NCBI RefSeq assembly: GCF_006345805.1
Contig: NC_043001.1
Coordinates: 99,138,001-99,202,000 of the forward strand
Source of the DNA: Octopus sinensis
Taxonomy: Eukaryota
Length of the DNA: 64,000 nucleotides
Reading direction: 5' to 3'
The position numbers and the translations under genes are program-made. Each line of letters opens with the position of its first letter. Position 1 is the first letter of the stretch. Below, one piece after another: positions 61,900-64,000 of the stretch. The notes below the pieces were generated by a model. It did not search any database and had not been told where the DNA came from. It saw only the letters and a program-made list of their open reading frames with translations.

Positions 61900-63229
61900 A
61901 GCTGGTCTGGTCTTTGTGAAGATAGCAGTCAGAAAGATGGCTTCCTTCTGATCATGTGTCAGCGACGAGAGAGTTGAGGAGGAGGAGGTGGAGGGAAGAG
62001 GAGAAGAACGTTTCTTTTCCATAACTGTTGGCTCCATCCACCATTGCAGTGATGATCCTGCATACATCCAAAACATGATATGGCATGCCATCTATGGACA
62101 CATTGTCCCTACTCCCTCGTTTCCAGTCCTTCCCTACAACACAGCCTGGCTCATAACACCACAGTTACATTTATTCATTGTTCCATGCATTTGGGGGTTT
62201 AACCCAGACTTCTTCCCTGACCTGCACAAAGGTATTCTCTTTCTCTTCTGTGGGTTGCAGCAATGCGGCATGTGGGTGTCTCCACTTGTACTTGAATATT
62301 GCCCTGTGTGGCACTGACACCTGAGCCTATCCCGTCCTGGGTGACATATTATACCAAAAAACAGCCTCGACTGGTGAGATGTGGCCGCTCTCTGCTATGG
62401 TCTTGATGGTGCGATGATGCCTCTCCACAACCCCACTGCTACTTGGCCAGTATGCCGCCCTGAAGAAACGGCTAACATGCCACTTGTTGAGCATTTCCCC
62501 CAGCTCCTCGGAGCGAAACGCAGTGCCGTTGTCCACAAGCAGATCATCCATGGGGCCTCATTCTAGGAATATCTCATTTAGTATTCTTGTGATTTCCTCT
62601 GCGGTCCCCTTCTTCATCTCCCTCAATATGGCCAACCGCCCCAGTCCTTTTTTTTCTTTCTTTTCAGCCGAAATAACTTGTGATGTGAAGGAGTAAAAAG
62701 ATGGAAGCAAAGAGAGAATTGTGGTAGTCTTACCTGTTGGTATGGAAAGGGTCACTCACAACATCCATGTGCTCTGTCCGTTACTGTACTGTCTAACACA
62801 CCTGCTCTCATCTGCTGTCTGCTGCCAAATGGCTGCTCGCACCTCGCTGACTCCATATACCTACCACGACCCTTCCAGTGCAATCCACAGGCCCCACTTC
62901 CAACAGGACATGCTTACTCCCTCACTTCCGGTCCTTCCCTACAACACAGCGTGGCTCATAACACCACAGTTACATTTATTCATTTTCTCATATTATAGTA
63001 TATGGGGCCTGTGGGTCACACTGGAAGGGCCACGGTAGGTATATGGAGTCAGCGAGGTGCGAACAGCCATTTGGCAGCAGACAGCACATGAGAGCAGGTG
63101 TGTTAGATAGTACAGCAACGGACAGAGCACGTGGATGTTGTGAGCGACCCTTTCCATACCGACAGGTAAGACTATCACAATTCTCTCTTTACTTCCATCT
63201 TTTTACTCCTTCACATAACAAGTTATTTC
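61900..63229 (-). mobile_element. Rearranged Gypsy relic (same broad family as 6248-8515): integrase fragment and two inverted LTRs
   Basis: LLVDNGTAFRSEELGEMLNKWHVSRFFRAAY...VVERHHRTIK...VWVKPP; inverted arms 62670-62896 and 63003-63229 with (T/A)GTGGGG...ACA ends followed by AGTTATTTC. Confidence 0.85.
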
Positions 63230-64000
63230 TATTCTCATTCCCCAACTTTTCTATCTCCTTTCAAGTTGACATAGCTTAAGTTAATTTCCTTTTGTTGTGT
63301 ATCCTCAGAGAACTTTTGTTAAGCTTATTGAAACTTCTATGCTTCTCATATCTTCCAACCTCTGTTTCTTTTTTATTAACTTGAATCAATTTTTTAAAAC
63401 CCGCACTCTGACACTGTTGTCTTGTACTTTAATATCTCTGACATTAATCCAACTTTTCTTGTCAGCATTGAGTAAAGGTTTTCTTTCTTGTAAAAGAACA
63501 GAGGTATTTTTTAGATGTCAGCTTTCCTTTGTGAATAACTTGATATGCTACTTGATTTAGTGTTTTGATGGAATACACTTTGATTGCATTGATCAAGACT
63601 TCAGACTGTATCTGATGGTGAAGTTTCGGCTTGAGAGTTCAGGAGTGTTGGGAAGTATAGTGTTACCCATTAGTCCTCACTATTCCCAGGTCTGTTCTGG
63701 TCTGTAGTGTTGGTACCTTTCAAGAGTCCTATTTATGGGTCAAATAGCAGAAGATGGTCAGCTTCTAGTTATGTATCACATAGATCTAATTGTCTTGCAT
63801 GAAAGCAGTTTAGGGTGCCTAAAAGGTTGGGGACTGCTGCTATAAATAGACTAGCAGAAATAATAGGAGACCCATACTTCTCAAGAAAAATCATGATCTT
63901 CAGACTTTGGAATTCATGAACACCTGACATCTGTAGACAAGAGAGAAAGAAAAATAGGGGGGTGAGGGAGAGTAACTTTGATTACTCTTTTTCTTTTTAG

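Overview
AT-rich, microsatellite- and transposon-saturated animal DNA. The repeat families and (TA)n/(TG)n/(GAT)n load suggest Octopus; this is inferred from my recall of the repeats, not from a search. The only recognisable host-gene sequence is one 96-nt internal exon of ferredoxin (adrenodoxin) reductase, FDXR, at 11095-11190 (+). It has a canonical AG acceptor and an apparent GC donor. I found no other FDXR exon, so the window is probably two large FDXR introns (>=11 kb upstream, >=52.8 kb downstream). The introns hold decayed Penelope-like elements, RTE and CR1/L2-type LINEs, at least three SINE families, Tc1/mariner/maT relics, piggyBac- and hAT-type MITEs, and Ty3/Gypsy relics. The most interesting observations: (1) short non-coding (TA)n-associated elements carrying minimal type-I hammerhead-like motifs, with a helix I base-pair swap between two subfamilies and one tandem pair; (2) a 2.27-kb LTR element with gag and integrase but no protease/RT/RNase H; (3) a 227-bp inverted LTR pair; (4) tandem structured repeats in RTE 3' UTRs; (5) a SINE sharing its 3' tail with a CR1-type LINE in the same window. 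Almost all ORFs in the supplied track are microsatellite or dead-TE artefacts. No CRISPR array, rRNA or intact tRNA gene was seen. All alignments were done by eye; boundaries of decayed elements are approximate.
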